Origin: Haplodiscus bocki
Lineage: Eukaryota
Reading direction: 5' to 3'
Length of the DNA stretch: 64,000 bases
Assembly: GCA_965655095.1 (NCBI GenBank)
Contig: OZ296650.1
Location: forward strand, 134,230,001-134,294,000
The notes beneath the pieces are model-generated. The model saw only the letters and a program-made list of their open reading frames with translations. It did no database searches and was not told the DNA's origin. A program made the position numbers and the translations under genes. Below, one piece after another: positions 36,925-51,584 of this stretch; within the stretch, counting starts at the first letter, position 1, and every line of letters begins with the position of its first letter.

Positions 36925-38261
36925 AACAACCGGAAACCGAAGGACAATGTATTATCAGAACAAATAAGCGAACAAATCATACTTTATTTTGTTTACTTAG
37001 CAATTGGAAAAACTTACGAAAACTCCAGAATCTCATTTCGTTCATGTCATTTGCTTATTAGACAAAAGACTAAGTCAAACAAAAATTCACATCTGTCACA
37101 CAGATACAGAGCCGTCAATACAATCATAAATCAGAATTGTTCTTTGAAGAAAGGAAATTTTATGAAAAATACAAATTCCATATACCCGAAGAGTGAAAAT
37201 TTCACCCAAGCAACTCAATATGCACGAAATAAGAGCCCCTCTTCTATCGCTGCCAAAAAGTACATAGTGGTGAAACACTTCAATTCACAAAAGTAACGAT
37301 CATAAAAAGGATTCTCAAAAAATAATTGATAGATCGTTCAATGACTTGAAAGAACAAGTGTTTACAGCTTCCGTAACAAGAAATATGGAATGGGTTTGAA
37401 GGGTGCCGCGCTACAAATGAACGCCGCTCCTATCTTCTTCTGTTTAGAGGCCAGTTTGTAGAACATGGGTTGCTGGACAACCCACTCATATACGTTCATC
37501 TAGCAAACAACATTCTCATTCAGAACCCGCGTCGGTGGTTGCTGAGCAACCAGCAGAACAAAACATAAAACCTAAATTGCCTCCGTCAGGTATAAAACAA
37601 TAAATCATTAAATGAGTCACAATTAACATCTAAAACAGCTCACAGTCAATGAGACAATCACAAAATATAAACAACAACATCGCATCGTAGAAACCCCTTC
37701 ATATTGTCTTCCAGTTAACATTTTTTCAATAATTTTGTGCACTGATTACCGAACAAAAAGTTAAATCCCTATAGCGTCTGAAATATTGGAGATAATCGCG
37801 CGAAAACATCAAAACAGCTCCTTCAGTGTAATTTTAGACACACGTCAAAACAAATTGTTGCGGGAAAGGATTGTATGAAACTTTCAATTAACGTGTCATA
37901 AAATTATGTACGTTATTCCATAAACTATCATAGCATAAAAGTTCGATCACGAATCTAAACAAAGTTAATCTGTGAGTCCAACGAAAATGTGATAAAAAAT
38001 GAAAAGAAAATCCCGTTACAAATTATTGTTTTAACAGTTACAACACGTCCTCTTTTTCAAAGGTTGGCTCAAAACTAACAACAAACAATGGCAAACATTC
38101 AAATCAATCAACATGATTCGCTACAAAAACATTTGCTGAAAAGTGGGTTTCGGACAAACCATTGTTCATGAATACTTTGAAATACAATCGGTTTTCTGGA
38201 TGGCAATTTTACAAAAGTCCAAACCCTTGTAGACAATTACATATCAACAATCAAATAAACA

Positions 38262-41200
38262 CTAAAAAATTTGCATGCAATCACATTGCAGGGCTGTTTC
38301 GATGCCCGTAACTTTATACGAATCCATTAAAACATGGCATTCTGATAAGTAATCTGCAAGCGTTAGGTTCACATTCGAATAATTGTGATTAACCATTGCT
38401 CTTTGCCAATCCTGTTCGAAAGAATAACGGCTTCGCGAAACAGCGTTGGAAAACCCCGTCACGTAAGCAACTAAAGCCCAGGGTCTTCTTTCAACAGGCT
38501 TTGTGAATGCGCTCCCATTTCCCGAATTATGCTCCTGCAACCGTCGCCGCAACCTCCTACAGCTTCCAATGTAAAATAGTTCCCGGTGTTTAACACTCAC
38601 CAACAAATAACAGTAACCAATTGCCGAAAGGGGTACATCGAAAACACGTAAAGGAAAGGGATAAAATGTCTGGGTCGTTGAAACACCGGAATTACAACTG
38701 CCACGAGACGACAGAAAGTTATTTATCAAAGGTACCAAATGGCTATCTTTGCGGCAAAGAAGATTAATTGCATCAAGTGTCCGCTGCTTGTCGCCGACAA
38801 ACGTTATGTGGGAAAGATCAGCGACCCGACTAACGACTACATAAAGCTGCTCTTTCAGCCAGTAGGAGAATTTTCTACCACCAACAATCTGTGTGGCCAA
38901 GCTTGGAACAGTGTCACCCATTATTTTGTGAACTGTTGACGCTACATACATTTTCAAAGGAAATTGAACACGTCTGCAAACAGTGGAATTGTTATACTTA
39001 TGGAGAATGCTAATTCTTTTACGAACAACTACAAGCCTCCAGAAATTAACGTCCGGGTTGTTAGATGACACAGACCTTACTCCGGCTGGTGCAACTCTAA
39101 CAACAATGTGAGGATCAATTTCGTCGAACGATTCAACTAAACACAATTGTCCCTGAAACAGTTTCAGCGATGGCAAATTGCAAGTTAAGCGCAATACACA
39201 CCCAACATGTATAAAGAAAGACTCCGGCTCAAGGCAACTTCTATTGAGAAACTTGCTGACGGGTGTTGTTGCAGTAACCCAATTTTGAGTTCCTGTATTA
39301 GACATTTCATCCTTGCATTGGAAAGACACACTCTGTATGTTTTGATGTGTTGTCACAAAAGCTATTCTCTCTTCCACAGCCTCTTTTTCCGCAACTCTAG
39401 TACTGAACACTCTCAAACTATCCAGAGGGACTACAGACCAAGTGCTTACAAAATTACAGAATTTCTCAATTATTTCACAACACTCTTTAACACATGCTTC
39501 TGTCACAGGATATTGAGACAGCAAGTCCAGAACTCTCTTTCCTTGTTGGTTCTGCATCCTCACATAGTGCTTCAAATACCGAACCTCGAAATTAGCTAAC
39601 ATTGAGTTGCTCAGCAAAAGGAATGTTCCCGTAGGAGGCGGAAGTTGACGAAAATCCCCTGTGGAAATAACAATCTTTCCTCCAAAAGGAAGATTGTTTT
39701 CAGATACGGCTTGTAACACATTGTCCATCGCGGACCAAAGTTCAGCTGAAATCATTGAAACTTCCTCGACAAATAAAACATCCAACCTCTCCAAAAAAGT
39801 AAATTTAACAGGATCTCGGGCAAGAGTGTTCAATGCATGCGAAACTAAATGACTGACCGTCTCATTTTGAACGATGGGGAAAGGGATTAAAGCGTTTATG
39901 TGTCTTCCGCCGAAAACTGAAGCTCTCTCCGCAGCGACACTAGTTATGACGCATCTCAATCCCCTAGCTAAAGCCGCAATAACACAATGAATCAGCACAT
40001 GGCTCTTTCCTGTACCTGGTGGACCAACTATGAACTGATGTTTAATAAAGGCAGTCGTACAAGAACAATAATTGTCGTACAAAGAACAAACCTTATCCAA
40101 AATATTCTGTTGATCATGCAATGATTCGTCAGTCTGGTTGCGCGCTTTATGTATCTTCTGGCTCCAAGTCAAAGGACGTGCTAAGGTGGCGTTCATCAAT
40201 TCTGCATAAGTTGGTAAACCAACATAACCCCCATTGACAATTGCACACAGAAGACTCTCTTTCTGCGCATTTAATTCGTCTGAAATGTTGCTGTCACTCT
40301 GCTCCACAATACTCTATTCTAAAACGCGCGGTGTTGAGCAGGGAAAAACGACTGAATTATTTTGTGCTGCTTGCTGGATGCACAAATAGGCACTGGTAAC
40401 AACTCGATCTAGTAAAGTTGATGATCCTGGGTAAAAGCGTAGTTGTTCAAGCACAAAGCGCCGAACAACATCACTAATCTCGGAATCTTCGCATCCCAAA
40501 GGAGACCTCGCCAAAGAAGCCTCAAAGAACGCAGATTTCAAATCCGATTGCGAAAAAATGTCAAGTTCGGTTACGTATTCTCCAAGAGACAACAGAATGT
40601 GGGTCAAAAAATTGGTTGTGTTCCTCGGAACAACGTTCGACAAAACAACTTGAGTTTGACAAGCCTTTTTCTCATAAATGAACTTGTGACTTGAACTGCT
40701 CGTTGTACATGCAATGGCTTCACGACATTGCGTGGAGAAACGAGGGACCCCACTAGAAAAGTTGCGACAGTAGTTGAAAAAAGCTTCTTTGTACAAATAA
40801 TTAAGGTATATGCAATAGCCGAGGCCATCCACCCAACAAGATTTAGTTACATTTTTCTTTAGTAAACCTTCTGGTGTCACCTTTAAGGGCTTTCGGAACC
40901 GGCTGAACCAAGTGAAATAGTTTTCCACTTTGAGCACAAAAGTTAGTTCAGGGGGTCGTACACCAAAAACTGTTATCTTGTCAGGACAAAGAGAACTTTT
41001 TTCTGCATCAATTATCAGCAGCTTCTGATTTAACGTGAAGCAACGGTGAGGAGGAAAGCCCTTGCTATGTCTAATGGAAATCTGTCGCCCGAAAGGAGGA
41101 CCTTGATTGCTATTAGAGAGTCTGCCCTTCGGTTCAATGACTATTCCAGCCCGTTTCTCTCGCGGGGCAGTGACAACGTGAATGAATTGTATATTGGTCA

Positions 41201-44200
41201 CCACGTAAGGAAATCGCAATGACCACCACACGGATTCCGTTAAACTCAAAATGCGAGAGTTCACACACTTTTTCTTCGGCTTTCCCTCCTTGTTCATATT
41301 GGTCAAGTATACCCCAGCAATTTTGTTGTTCACTTGTTGATCAACCTGGAAGTCATACAAATCTGTCCCACTTGACGTAGAAATAGAAACTTCGGTGCGT
41401 TCCTCCACGCCTGCAACATATTTTGACAGATAACGGCTACTCATGTAAATGTCGCAAATTTGTAGATTGGTGCTAGATCGGACGAGGGCAAAAATTTTGG
41501 CGTTTGTTGGGGAAATGTGCGTGTTAATTTCTGTTGGATAATGATGCTTGCCACCACAAAGACGCTGATCAATGGTGACGGAACAATCAAAATCACTCGA
41601 CTCAGCTAATCCGATCTTCTTCAAAACTGCTATCGTTTCCTCCGACAAATCCTTGTGAATACATTTGTAGGTAAAACTAGCACAAGGAGGGTATTTGGGC
41701 ACTCGGCAGATTTTTTCTTTCAATTTGTCTGTTTTTTTCTGACAACGAAATTTAGCTTTAAAACAGCTGTGTGATTGGTAACGGTTGAACAGATCTCGTA
41801 ACTCGTTCAAATCGTCCAAACTATATTTGTGCGAACCAACTTCAGTCAATAAGTTCCCCAGAAAAGTTGTTGCTGAGCAACAAACTCTAGACCTTACTGC
41901 TTCACTAAAGCGATCTTCTGCCGTCCAAATCAAAGCATGTACATGAGGGAACCCACTAGCTTCATCTTGAAACTCATATCGATACCAAATCTTAATAACC
42001 TTTCCCAGTGGCTGCTCGGGCGACGTTTCAATGTACTTCATGACAAGACGAGAAGCTCGTTCCCAGGCTCTCAACATGGTGACCATATCAGATTGAATTG
42101 CTGATTTTCGGTCCTCCTCTTTACATAAGTCTTTCGGAAACTTTGCGTCCAACGCACAAAAAATTTTCTTCAAGCCAGGATGCGTGGACTGCCCACATGT
42201 GTAAGTGAAAAAATATGTAGCTGGTCGTTCTTTCAAAGCTGCTCCCAATTCATTGACATTCTTCCGAGAATCGCATTGATCAAAGAAAATGGCTCCTTCT
42301 CGCATGGCATGTACATTTTTTCTTTGCCGTGCCGCTTCACTCCAACCTCTGTTCAAAACTATTCTCGTGTCATTGACACGCAGCTGTAGGTTAAATATTG
42401 TGTCAAATACGTATTGGACGTAACGAGGATCTGTTGACGTCAGCAGAGATGAATCTTTCAAGCGCGTCTGTAAATGTTGTTCTAAGCTTGCGAATCCGAG
42501 CAATTCGTTTTGTTTGTGATCATTATACAAGGGAGAAGGTATTGCACCCGAATAACTGCCGTCTGTATTTTGGTGCCAGAAGATGGACGGAAACAACATG
42601 GCTTCCGGCTGAAGCAAAGGGACAGAATTAGGGGGCGACGTTGCGGTGATATTCTCCAAAAATCTTTTGTGTCTAGCTGCAACATACAACGGAGACCCTT
42701 TACTCCTTTTCAGTAAGCCGCATTGACCATTCAATAAAACATGTGGTGGGAGCTGAAAATCAGTACTGTCTATTCGGAAATCACGTTCCAAAACAACAGT
42801 TGAATCTCCAGCAGCAGTTGTAACAGGCAGCGAAACATGCGATACCTCAGAATCTTCCTCTAAAAGCCCAGGGATGGTAACAAATTCCGAGGACGCGACC
42901 GTGTTGGTAGGCGATGTGGACCAATTCTGTGAATCAACAGAAACACGGCTATAGCTACAATCATCCAACTGACTTGAACCGCACGCTGAGTTTTTTGTGG
43001 ACTCAACAAAGGTCCTTTTTTTACCATCAAAAACAAACTGCCTTTCCTGACTTTCATCTTTGGAATGCATTCTGCAAACACTTGCCAAACAACCAGACAC
43101 TGGACAACGTAAAAAAGAACTTCTACCACATGAGCATTTAAAACCACTGGAAGGAAAATCACGGGTGAGTAACAGCGAATGGTTCTTACAAAAGAATTTT
43201 CCTTGACCTGCCAGTGTTTCAAAATATTTTGACCGCAGCTCATCAATATCAGCAGACGTCTGTCGATAGTAAACACAGATATTCCAATAATCATTAATAA
43301 AATGATCAACCGCTGTATCAGAAGGCAGCCTCACCTGTTCAGGGAAAACATTTTTGTTTTTGTACGCCCAAAAACTTTGAAAGACACCACCATGCCTCAA
43401 AAGGATGTTATTACGAGTCGCTAAACGTTCAGTAGCAATAAACTTCAACTCGAAAACGGACTGAGCAGTTTGAAAGTTCAGAGGAGCTTTGAATTTAGAA
43501 CGCAAAGTATTTACTCCCGCGTATGAAAAAAGTATGACATTTACACCATCAAATTCCCGAGTTTCCAAAAAGTGCAAAACATCTTGACGGCTTGCTACGT
43601 CTTCATGAATGACATCTTCACAAAATTGTGAGACACCGAAACTGAGGCAACGAGATGGACTTTCCGGAAATCTTGTGAACAACTCCGACAGTTAATCACT
43701 CATAGAAGCATCGACGGTTTTCTTTTTGCAGCGACTGAACCTCGGAAAAATTACAGGGTCCAAGAAATGCAGCAAAGGAAAGATCGCATTATCAACAGCA
43801 GCTGCATCAGATATAGATCGACACAGTTGAGGAGAGATGCAGAATAAAGTTTGCAACAACGACAAAAAGTAAGTCTTGCAGCTCAAAATTTTCGGAGGAG
43901 AGGAACCAAACGAATTCGGAGGCTGAGCGAACGTCACAGACTTGAATTTTGCGCACAAGCGTTGTCCGTCAGTCAATCCAGGAGAAGTGAATAAACGATA
44001 AGTATCCGTTATAGACACACTTGTTGATGCAGAAATACAAGCAGCCGACTGTTCAATGTTGGGTTTACTTTGAATGCTTTGTCGGATTTCATCAGTTGTT
44101 TCGCCAGAGGACACTAAGTTATTCAAAAAATACTGAACATCGCTTCGGTAAAAACTGCATTGAGATTCCGCCTTCACTAATAAATCCGAAGTAATATCCC

Positions 44201-46600
44201 AACGGCGTTTAGAGCTCAAGCGAATGCTGCTAATGCCTGAATAATTACCGACAGCTTTCAACAACTGGAAAGTGTGGCTAGCGTAATTCGCTTTGGCATT
44301 CTTCAAAATACGCAAATTTGGAGCAACAAATGCTAATCTGTCGTTGGTAGGAACACTCAGACGTCCTAGAGACGGGTGTGCAGGTGGGTGAAGATACTGC
44401 AGGTGAGAACCATTGTTATGCTGCTGCACACAAGTTCCTATAACAAGGCCATATGCCTCTTTAACACTGACAAAGCCGGAAACATCAAACGCATCCAAAA
44501 CTTTCATTGGTTTCAACCAATCGTGTCTTGCACCTCGCAAATGGTTCAAGTAATCAGAGCTGAACGATGTGAATGAAGGCAAAATCCCATTTACAAGGTG
44601 GTTGAAACCGATTTGACCTGTTTCTTCAACAAATGTGAAACAACCGAACGGACATCTACAATTTGGATAACATTCACTATCTAAGGCTTCCTCCAAATCA
44701 GTGAAATTGCCCGAACTTACTTTGTTCAGAAAAACTTGCTTCCGTTTTGTTATATCAACTAGAACAGCTCGATCAGCCATAGAAACAGCAGGATGCAAAT
44801 GTTGACACATAGCCCAGCTGTCGCGTATTTCGGGAGGTAAAAAAGAAACAAGTTTTTTCATAGTACAATCTCGAATGCTGAGATCTTTCAGTAACGAATG
44901 AATAACGGAAGGCCAAGCATACCGCCAAAAATTTCCGTCGTTATTGTAATTGAAACAATTCTGGCAGACAAAACAGGTACCAGTAGGTCGCAAACCAAAT
45001 CTCCTTCGTTTCATTGCTTTCTTTTCAAGAATTTGCCATTGCAAAGGATACGCAGCAGTTGAAATTCGACAACATTTACCGCACATTTCTCTACTTTGTG
45101 CTTTGTCGCTTGAAAAAGAGGACTTGAAAACACAATAGTTACTCGAGGCATCCACCTGACGACATGCCTTATCTTTCTCCACTATCATTGTGGCTGTTTC
45201 ATTGTGTGCGGATTGCGTGGATTGAATCTCCTGAGGCAGGGAATTGAAGCAAACGCCTGAAATGAAAGGATCATAATTAGTACCAATTTTTTCACAATCA
45301 AATTTCGCTCCACTGAAAGAATTGTTGCTGGGCAACAAAAGGTCGTTGTGCATACCGCCCAATCCAATAGAGAATGATGTGAGGCCTTCATCGCACAAAT
45401 GGGGCAAAACCTTAATATCAGAACATGCACCATATTTTGACGAACAAGTGTTCATTTGGAATGATGTGGAAATCAGAGTTCTTCGTGGTGTCGTTTCTGT
45501 GAATGAACTCTGGAGGCAGCCATGAGGCAACAATTGCTGAGAAATTGGAATTTCTACTGCCAGCACTGCTACCGTTTCAAAATGGTTACCTGCGTGAGTA
45601 TGTACCAAGAAGACAGATGGAACGTCCATTGAAGCACGATCTCCAGCATAGCTATAAACTAACCACAGCTTTGTCATGCAATGGTACACAAAAACATCAA
45701 CCATCGCAATTTGGGCAAAACCATAGATCTCTACACAAGTGCCATACACACCATTTGATCGCATTCCGGAACGATTCAAATATTCGTTCACGTTTGAAGC
45801 TGTCTGTACCACATTATTTCCATCAACGGTTGTGTAAATTTCAAAAAACTGCGGACGAATATCTAGTGAAGGTAAGGCCGATCAAATACGCTGGCGTAAT
45901 TTTGAATGATACCAAGCTTGTGAGCCAATTGACAACGCCAACGCTGAGAACAAACAATTACCGTCACTTGGAACAGGATGAGTTTGTGATGGAACCAACT
46001 GTTCAAAGAATTGGCACCCAACAAATGTGTGTTCCTTGGTTTCCCCACAAACGGTATTCCCAACTCAATGCAAACTCTCGTCAAATTAGCGATTGTGCAA
46101 GAAAAAGCTGTTGAATTCGGCACGTTCGAGAAAAGACTCATGTTATTGAATGGCGCACACGACAGCGACCGATCAAAGTAGTCATCACCAACTGAGGCTT
46201 TTACCATGGATGATTGGAAACAAGAGCAGTCTTTGCCGCCATAAAAACGCCCACACGTTACGCATTTCCTGGGCTCTCTGCAGAATTTCTTTTTTTTTGG
46301 CGGGCCAGGGTTGGTTTCTATACCAATTCTCAACAGAAACAAAAGCAACATTCTGCGAGTCATGGAAACCTCACCAGAAGTGCCGATCCTCAGAAACTGC
46401 AACTGATCCTGAAGAAACACAGAAACATAAAATTCCCCAACGGTGACGTCTGAGCTGAAGACTTCTCCAACATTGTTCACATAAACAAGTCCATCTTTTT
46501 CCAAAACTGTCGATAAAGAGGACCAAATCATCAACAAAGTTAAACAAAGTGAGTACACCATTTTCTGAAAATGAGATTCGTCAAGACTCTGCACACTCAT
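38262..46600 (-). pseudogene. RepHel polyprotein of D, with frameshifts and nonsense codons
   Basis: ORFs 45863..46606, 43692..45812, 40314..43682 and 38262..40307. In-frame stops at 43692 and 40314; indels near 45995 and 45842. Rep, helicase and GIY-YIG (GYCYLL..FYIGSC..RRRLQEHN) motifs are present. Confidence 0.9.
46301..46365 (-). other. 2A/StopGo-like peptide (RRMLLLFLLRIGIETNPG|P)
   Basis: As in C. Confidence 0.65.
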
Positions 46601-47574
46601 CAACACTCAGTGGCGTCGCCTACATCTATGAAACTCAGTCAAAGATGAATTTGAAAAAGCCCTTTGCGTTACACAAAAATATTCTATCGAAACGAACTTC
46701 AAATAGAGTTGGAGCATTTGAATTCAAAACATTCACTGTATTGAATTATTGAAGCTCAGCAGTTAAATTATGAGCTGTCTCTTGAGTGACTTTTCGTTTT
46801 TAAAGGCGAAGATACCACGCATGAGTGATTTGAGCAAGACTTTGAGTACTTGAAAAAATGATTAGTTAAATACGATTAAAATTCAAAACAGAATGAGGAC
46901 TGTTGGTGTTGAACACCAAACAAAACAAACTGCTGAGTAAGTGTAGTCTCAATATAATCCATGTCGAATGCCAAAGTGATGCTTGTTGAACGCCAACCAT
47001 AGACTGTCCAAAAAGTTGACAATTACAAAACACACTCCAACGTACAATGCACAAAAGAGGTTAAACTCTCGTAATGCAAACATGAAAAGTTCAAACACTG
47101 CTGTTTCCTACGAAGAAACTTAAAAAACTTAAAAAAGAAAACGAAAGAACCTCATTTTTGCTCAGAACAATAAAACAACAAACCAAAATTTTCTGGCAAA
47201 CAATTGAAATTGAATGCAAAACTAATTGCATTTTTTGTTAATTTTCAAAATGCATGACACGTAATGGAAACATTTATTGCATTCCACAACCAAGAAACAG
47301 CCCCGATTCATGATTTAATTTATGTATGACATTATACTTGATGAGAGGAAAGGCAACATTAAAAAATGTAACTTACATAAGTAACGCCTAACTAGTTTAA
47401 ATTTGATTTTAGCTAAAAAAAACTGTGTCAAATGAAGTAAAATACGGTAAAAGTGTCAACAACTACCTGTCTAGAAAAAGTGTAACCTTGTTAGGTGCCT
47501 TTTACGCGCAAAACGATCATTTCCAGCAATTTTAGGCGCATTTTACGCGCAAAGCGATCATTTCCAAAAAAAAA

Positions 47575-48124
47575 ATTTTTTTCACAAAAACATCCGTCAT
47601 TTCCGTCATGTTCTTCACGTCATATCCGTCATTTTTTTCGGCATTCTGACCGAAATTTTCTGACTAACCAAAACCAATTGCCCTTTCAGTTTTGGCTGCC
47701 TTTGCGAAGGCCAGCATACGAGAAATAGTTGTTTTTGGCGATCAAAAATGACGGAATGACGCTTTTTTGGCAAAATTCCGAAACTTTGTCAGCGCCTATC
47801 TCCTGAGCGAAAAGAGCTGGGCCAACAATTTTTGGCATGCAAATTGTTGAGATCATTTGTGCTTCACACACAAAATTTTGGCCAATTGTATCGGGTGGAT
47901 GTGGAACTAGACCGATGAGAAATCAATTTTCAGGCAAAAAACACGATCATTGCGTCATAACTCATCACGTTGTGAATGGAAAAAGTTTTTTCCCTCCCTC
48001 CCTTTCTTACCTCGCCATTTTAGGACCGCATGCAAAATATGAATAAATTCTATCGGGTACGACCCGAGATCGGCTTCCCAGTCCTACCATGCGGTATGAT
48101 GAAATTTATCGATTAATATTTAAC
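47575..48124 (+). repeat. Subterminal module of D
   Basis: Clustered CGTCAT/ATGACG sites and blocks shared with the other modules. Confidence 0.7.
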
Positions 48125-48220
48125 CTCGGCAACGGGACCCTACCCGGCCTCGGACTCTAAGAAGGTTACATCCCTGACCACCCAGCGGAGGCTAGGGTAA
48201 CAACTACCAGTGGAGGCTTT
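48125..48220 (+). other. Junction motif J3 (D | E)
   Basis: Core TGACCACCCAGCGGAGGC at 48175-48192; second repeat CCAGTGGAGGC at 48207. Confidence 0.85.
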
Positions 48221-48940
48221 AGCGTATGTAAATTAGAAGAAAGTATTTTAATTTCTTGAAGTCTTCACATAAGTATAATTATTATGATAGCGACAGCAAA
48301 AACCGTCTCGTTGGATTTAAATTTCCCATAGTTTGAAACATTTTTAGGAAATATATGGGAAAATCGTACAAAATGTATCGCCCATTTCGCTGTGAGTTGT
48401 TTATGTTTTCCTTGCATGTAAAAAAAACTGTCTGAAGCTACTGCTACCAGTTTTGATTGTGCTCCAGCGATTACAATTGTATTTTTTGTTGCAGTATTTG
48501 AAAAAAACTTTGGTGAAAGAAAATAGTAAACCATATGAGAAAACTTCGTTGTCATCAGAAGCAGTTGATTGTGAGTGGTAAACTAATGTAAATTTTTACT
48601 CCAAACTCGTAAAACTTCTAATGAAACAGAAAGTTGTTCGAAATGATAATTTTGTCAGATTGAGAAGTGAAAAACTTCAATAATATAATAATTCGAAGTA
48701 CCAATTTTGCATTACTTTATAACCGGAAGAGAATATGGTAATCAATTATTACACTAAATAACTGATTTGTATTGAGAACACAACTACGTATTCACAAAGA
48801 TGCCGCTCAGTTTAAAGTAAAGAAAAATATGAGAAGAGTTCTAACAACCAACTAGTTGAAATCTCTTTTCAACCAATAATGTCCTCCAGTTACAACTACA
48901 AGAAACTCAACAACAGGATTTTCCGAAATTTCACTGGAAA

Positions 48941-49939
48941 TTAATGTTGTACGTTCAACACATTAGGATTTGCATGCTGTAGAGGTGGTGGTCCACCGCG
49001 TGGTTGTTCCGCTTCGCCAATGCCGTATTTCATGTTGTCAGGCACCTGAACTGCTGAGATCAAACAACAAACTCTGACGCGTTGAACTTCCTGTGTGATT
49101 GATTCGTCGCTCACACTACTTTTAACAAAACCAGAGACTCGCCATCCGCCGTTAGCATTGACGTGTTGAGAAACACGATCAATAGCCTCGCGCAATTCGC
49201 CTACATCGACAGAACTTGATGGGAGACGCAATAAATCGTTGGTACAGAAGAAGGACGCGACATGATGACTTTGAGTCATATCACCACTCAGCGGGTCATC
49301 GTCTTCATCATCAACATCTCGTGAGATTATTCGTGTCGACAGGGTCCACGACGAAACAGAACTTTTTTGAATGCAAGCACAAACGCTTTCATTCTTCGTC
49401 GATCTTCTGTCACAAAGAGTTCCCGAACAGGTTGGTGCCACCACAATTGAGTGCAAGAATGTCAGTGGCCTGTTTGTCAACGTATAATGGAACATTGCTG
49501 GAGTTGTTGGCGACGTGGAAATGGGTATGGGAGGGAAATCATTGTCATTTAAGTTATTCACAACTGTCAGTGGATGGTGAGTCTCCACGATGGGGTTATG
49601 CATGTCATTTCCCAGACAAGTGTTAGTGTACAGCGGCTCGACGACATCGACGATAGACCCCACCGTCAGATAACGATCAGAGAAAAGATTCGCTGACTTT
49701 TGAGCCGACTGTGAAATTACTACAAAACAATCCTTACAGTTCCACTGACCTATTATTGCCATTCGGTCGTAATTTCCTTCAGGGGAAGGCCTTTTAAGTT
49801 TAAGGGTTTGGGGCCGATAGAGCTGCAGTGGACGATCACTTCTTTTGAGCACAAGTACAATTCCTCGCAAGGTTGTATTCCCACTGATACGTAAAAAACC
49901 TTTCGAGGTCACCTGTGCCAGAGGCACTTGACGATTCAT
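48941..49939 (-). CDS. OB-like/Zn accessory protein of E, 332 aa, intact
   Basis: Full-length homologue of 641..1654 (RPLQL.RPQ, YDR..IIG, CSG.LCDRR, CAC.QKS, NGGWRVSG). Confidence 0.8.
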   Translation of the reverse strand: MNRQVPLAQVTSKGFLRISGNTTLRGIVLVLKRSDRPLQLYRPQTLKLKRPSPEGNYDRMAIIGQWNCKDCFVVISQSAQKSANLFSDRYLTVGSIVDVVEPLYTNTCLGNDMHNPIVETHHPLTVVNNLNDNDFPPIPISTSPTTPAMFHYTLTNRPLTFLHSIVVAPTCSGTLCDRRSTKNESVCACIQKSSVSSWTLSTRIISRDVDDEDDDPLSGDMTQSHHVASFFCTNDLLRLPSSSVDVGELREAIDRVSQHVNANGGWRVSGFVKSSVSDESITQEVQRVRVCCLISAVQVPDNMKYGIGEAEQPRGGPPPLQHANPNVLNVQH

Positions 49940-50694
49940 ATCTTAAAAACGCGACGTACTCAAATAATTATTCATAAATTAACTTGTGATGTTTAATATT
50001 TTACTTTTCAAGTTTCAGCGACAGTCTGACCGTTAACTACTTTCAACTAGACAAAAAGTTTCGTTAACCAGACTAACTTTACAACGTAAACATACCTAAG
50101 ATTGTGCTTTTTATGCATTCAATTCAAAGGCTTTTTTCAAAACACTCGAACTACCTGCGAGACAACAACGAAATCTAATGACTTCAAAGTGTTTTTCTTA
50201 CTCCTGCTATCCAATTCAACAGACAACTATACGCTCAACTGCTCATCGATTATTGTCATCCAAGATTAAAAAGTGCTCGGATAATTATAATTAAATTTGA
50301 TTTCCATTTTAAAAATGTAACAGTAATTAGTGGAGAAAAGTAAAAATTCCAAACGCACTCATTCATAATTTCTACAATTTCAGATGAAAACCTTCAACAT
50401 TCTTAGAACAATTCAAGATATCGAAAACACAAAAGTTTGTTTCCGATAACAAAAGGTGCGGTGTTGAAACACCGACACCTCAACAACAATACATTAAGCA
50501 ATAAAAAAGTCGATGAAAGTCTCCAATGAATGAAAGAAACACGTTCTTTTCAAGTAACGCAAGCGGTGAAGAACACCGACGAATCAAAGTTTCAGTTGGG
50601 AACGACATAATTTTATGCGGTGATGGAGGTCAGCACACCACAGTAGAAATAAATTGAAATTTGAGGCTCCACAAGAGCTGTTGTTCAGTAACGG

Positions 50695-51584
50695 CTAATG
50701 AGATAACCTAGCTACCTGATAAAAAAAAAGAAACAAATGAATAAAATATAAAGGTAGAAAGCTTGTTTCCACGCTCCGCGCGGAAACAAGCAACCAATAT
50801 CCGCACCCAACAAAAAAAAACCTATGCTTCTACAGTTAAAAGTATTTTTCTTTGATGCGGAACTGGAAACGTTTTTAACAGCTCTTAATATACGTCTTAA
50901 AGAGACACGTTGAAATGATTTCTCCATTCTCTTGTTAGGTCATTCCGAGCAATTGAATATCTTGCGACCAATGTCAAGAAAAACAATTGTTGAAGACAAA
51001 AAAAAATGATAACTATCAAAACCACTAACCCTATTTTCCAAATTTCTTTTCCTGTTAACTGCTCGTTTTTGGGACAGAACAAAAAGACTCTCACAGAAGA
51101 TTACTCGTGACACCATGTGAGCTTCTAAAATTGGATTTAAATGCAAATCATTGCCAGGTTGCAGCAGTTTCTTGTACCGTTGTGTGAGAATTGCTTTGAT
51201 TTTGATAAACGTGATACCAGCTGGGCAAAATGAAAGATCATCAGAAAGGTCGTGCGCACCACGACGAGGTAAATAGGTGAAGCCAATGACATTGTATTGA
51301 GTAAGAAGTCGTAACTTTTGAAAAAATTGATACGGGGTCAACGCTGGATTCTTCTTTGAAGAAAGACTGTTATTTACAGCATCATGCCACAAAATTATTT
51401 TGTTTGATGTCGTTGGAATTTTATGTGTCCTCAAAAGCACTTCAATGTTTTTCTCTTCATTTGCATGATTTAAAGCCAAACCGGGAACGCTAAAAACTTT
51501 ATTTTGTAAACCTTCGAACAGATGCGGTTTGTCATCCATTGCCCAGTACACAGACGAGGCTGCAACTATCAAATACTCATTCAT
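50695..51584 (-). CDS. SGNH-fold-like protein of E; probable exons 51584-51030 and 50715-50695
   Basis: ORF 50940..51584 with IVAASSV, SVPGLAL, WHDAVNNSL and DLHL. Conserved gttagt donor; strong pyrimidine-rich atcag acceptor at ~50716. Confidence 0.65.

Larger units (their letters stand above)
34682..48183 (-). mobile_element. Helitron-like element D (cassette on -), left ~1.5 kb deleted
   Basis: Close paralogue of C; ends in a complete module plus junction J3. Confidence 0.85.
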
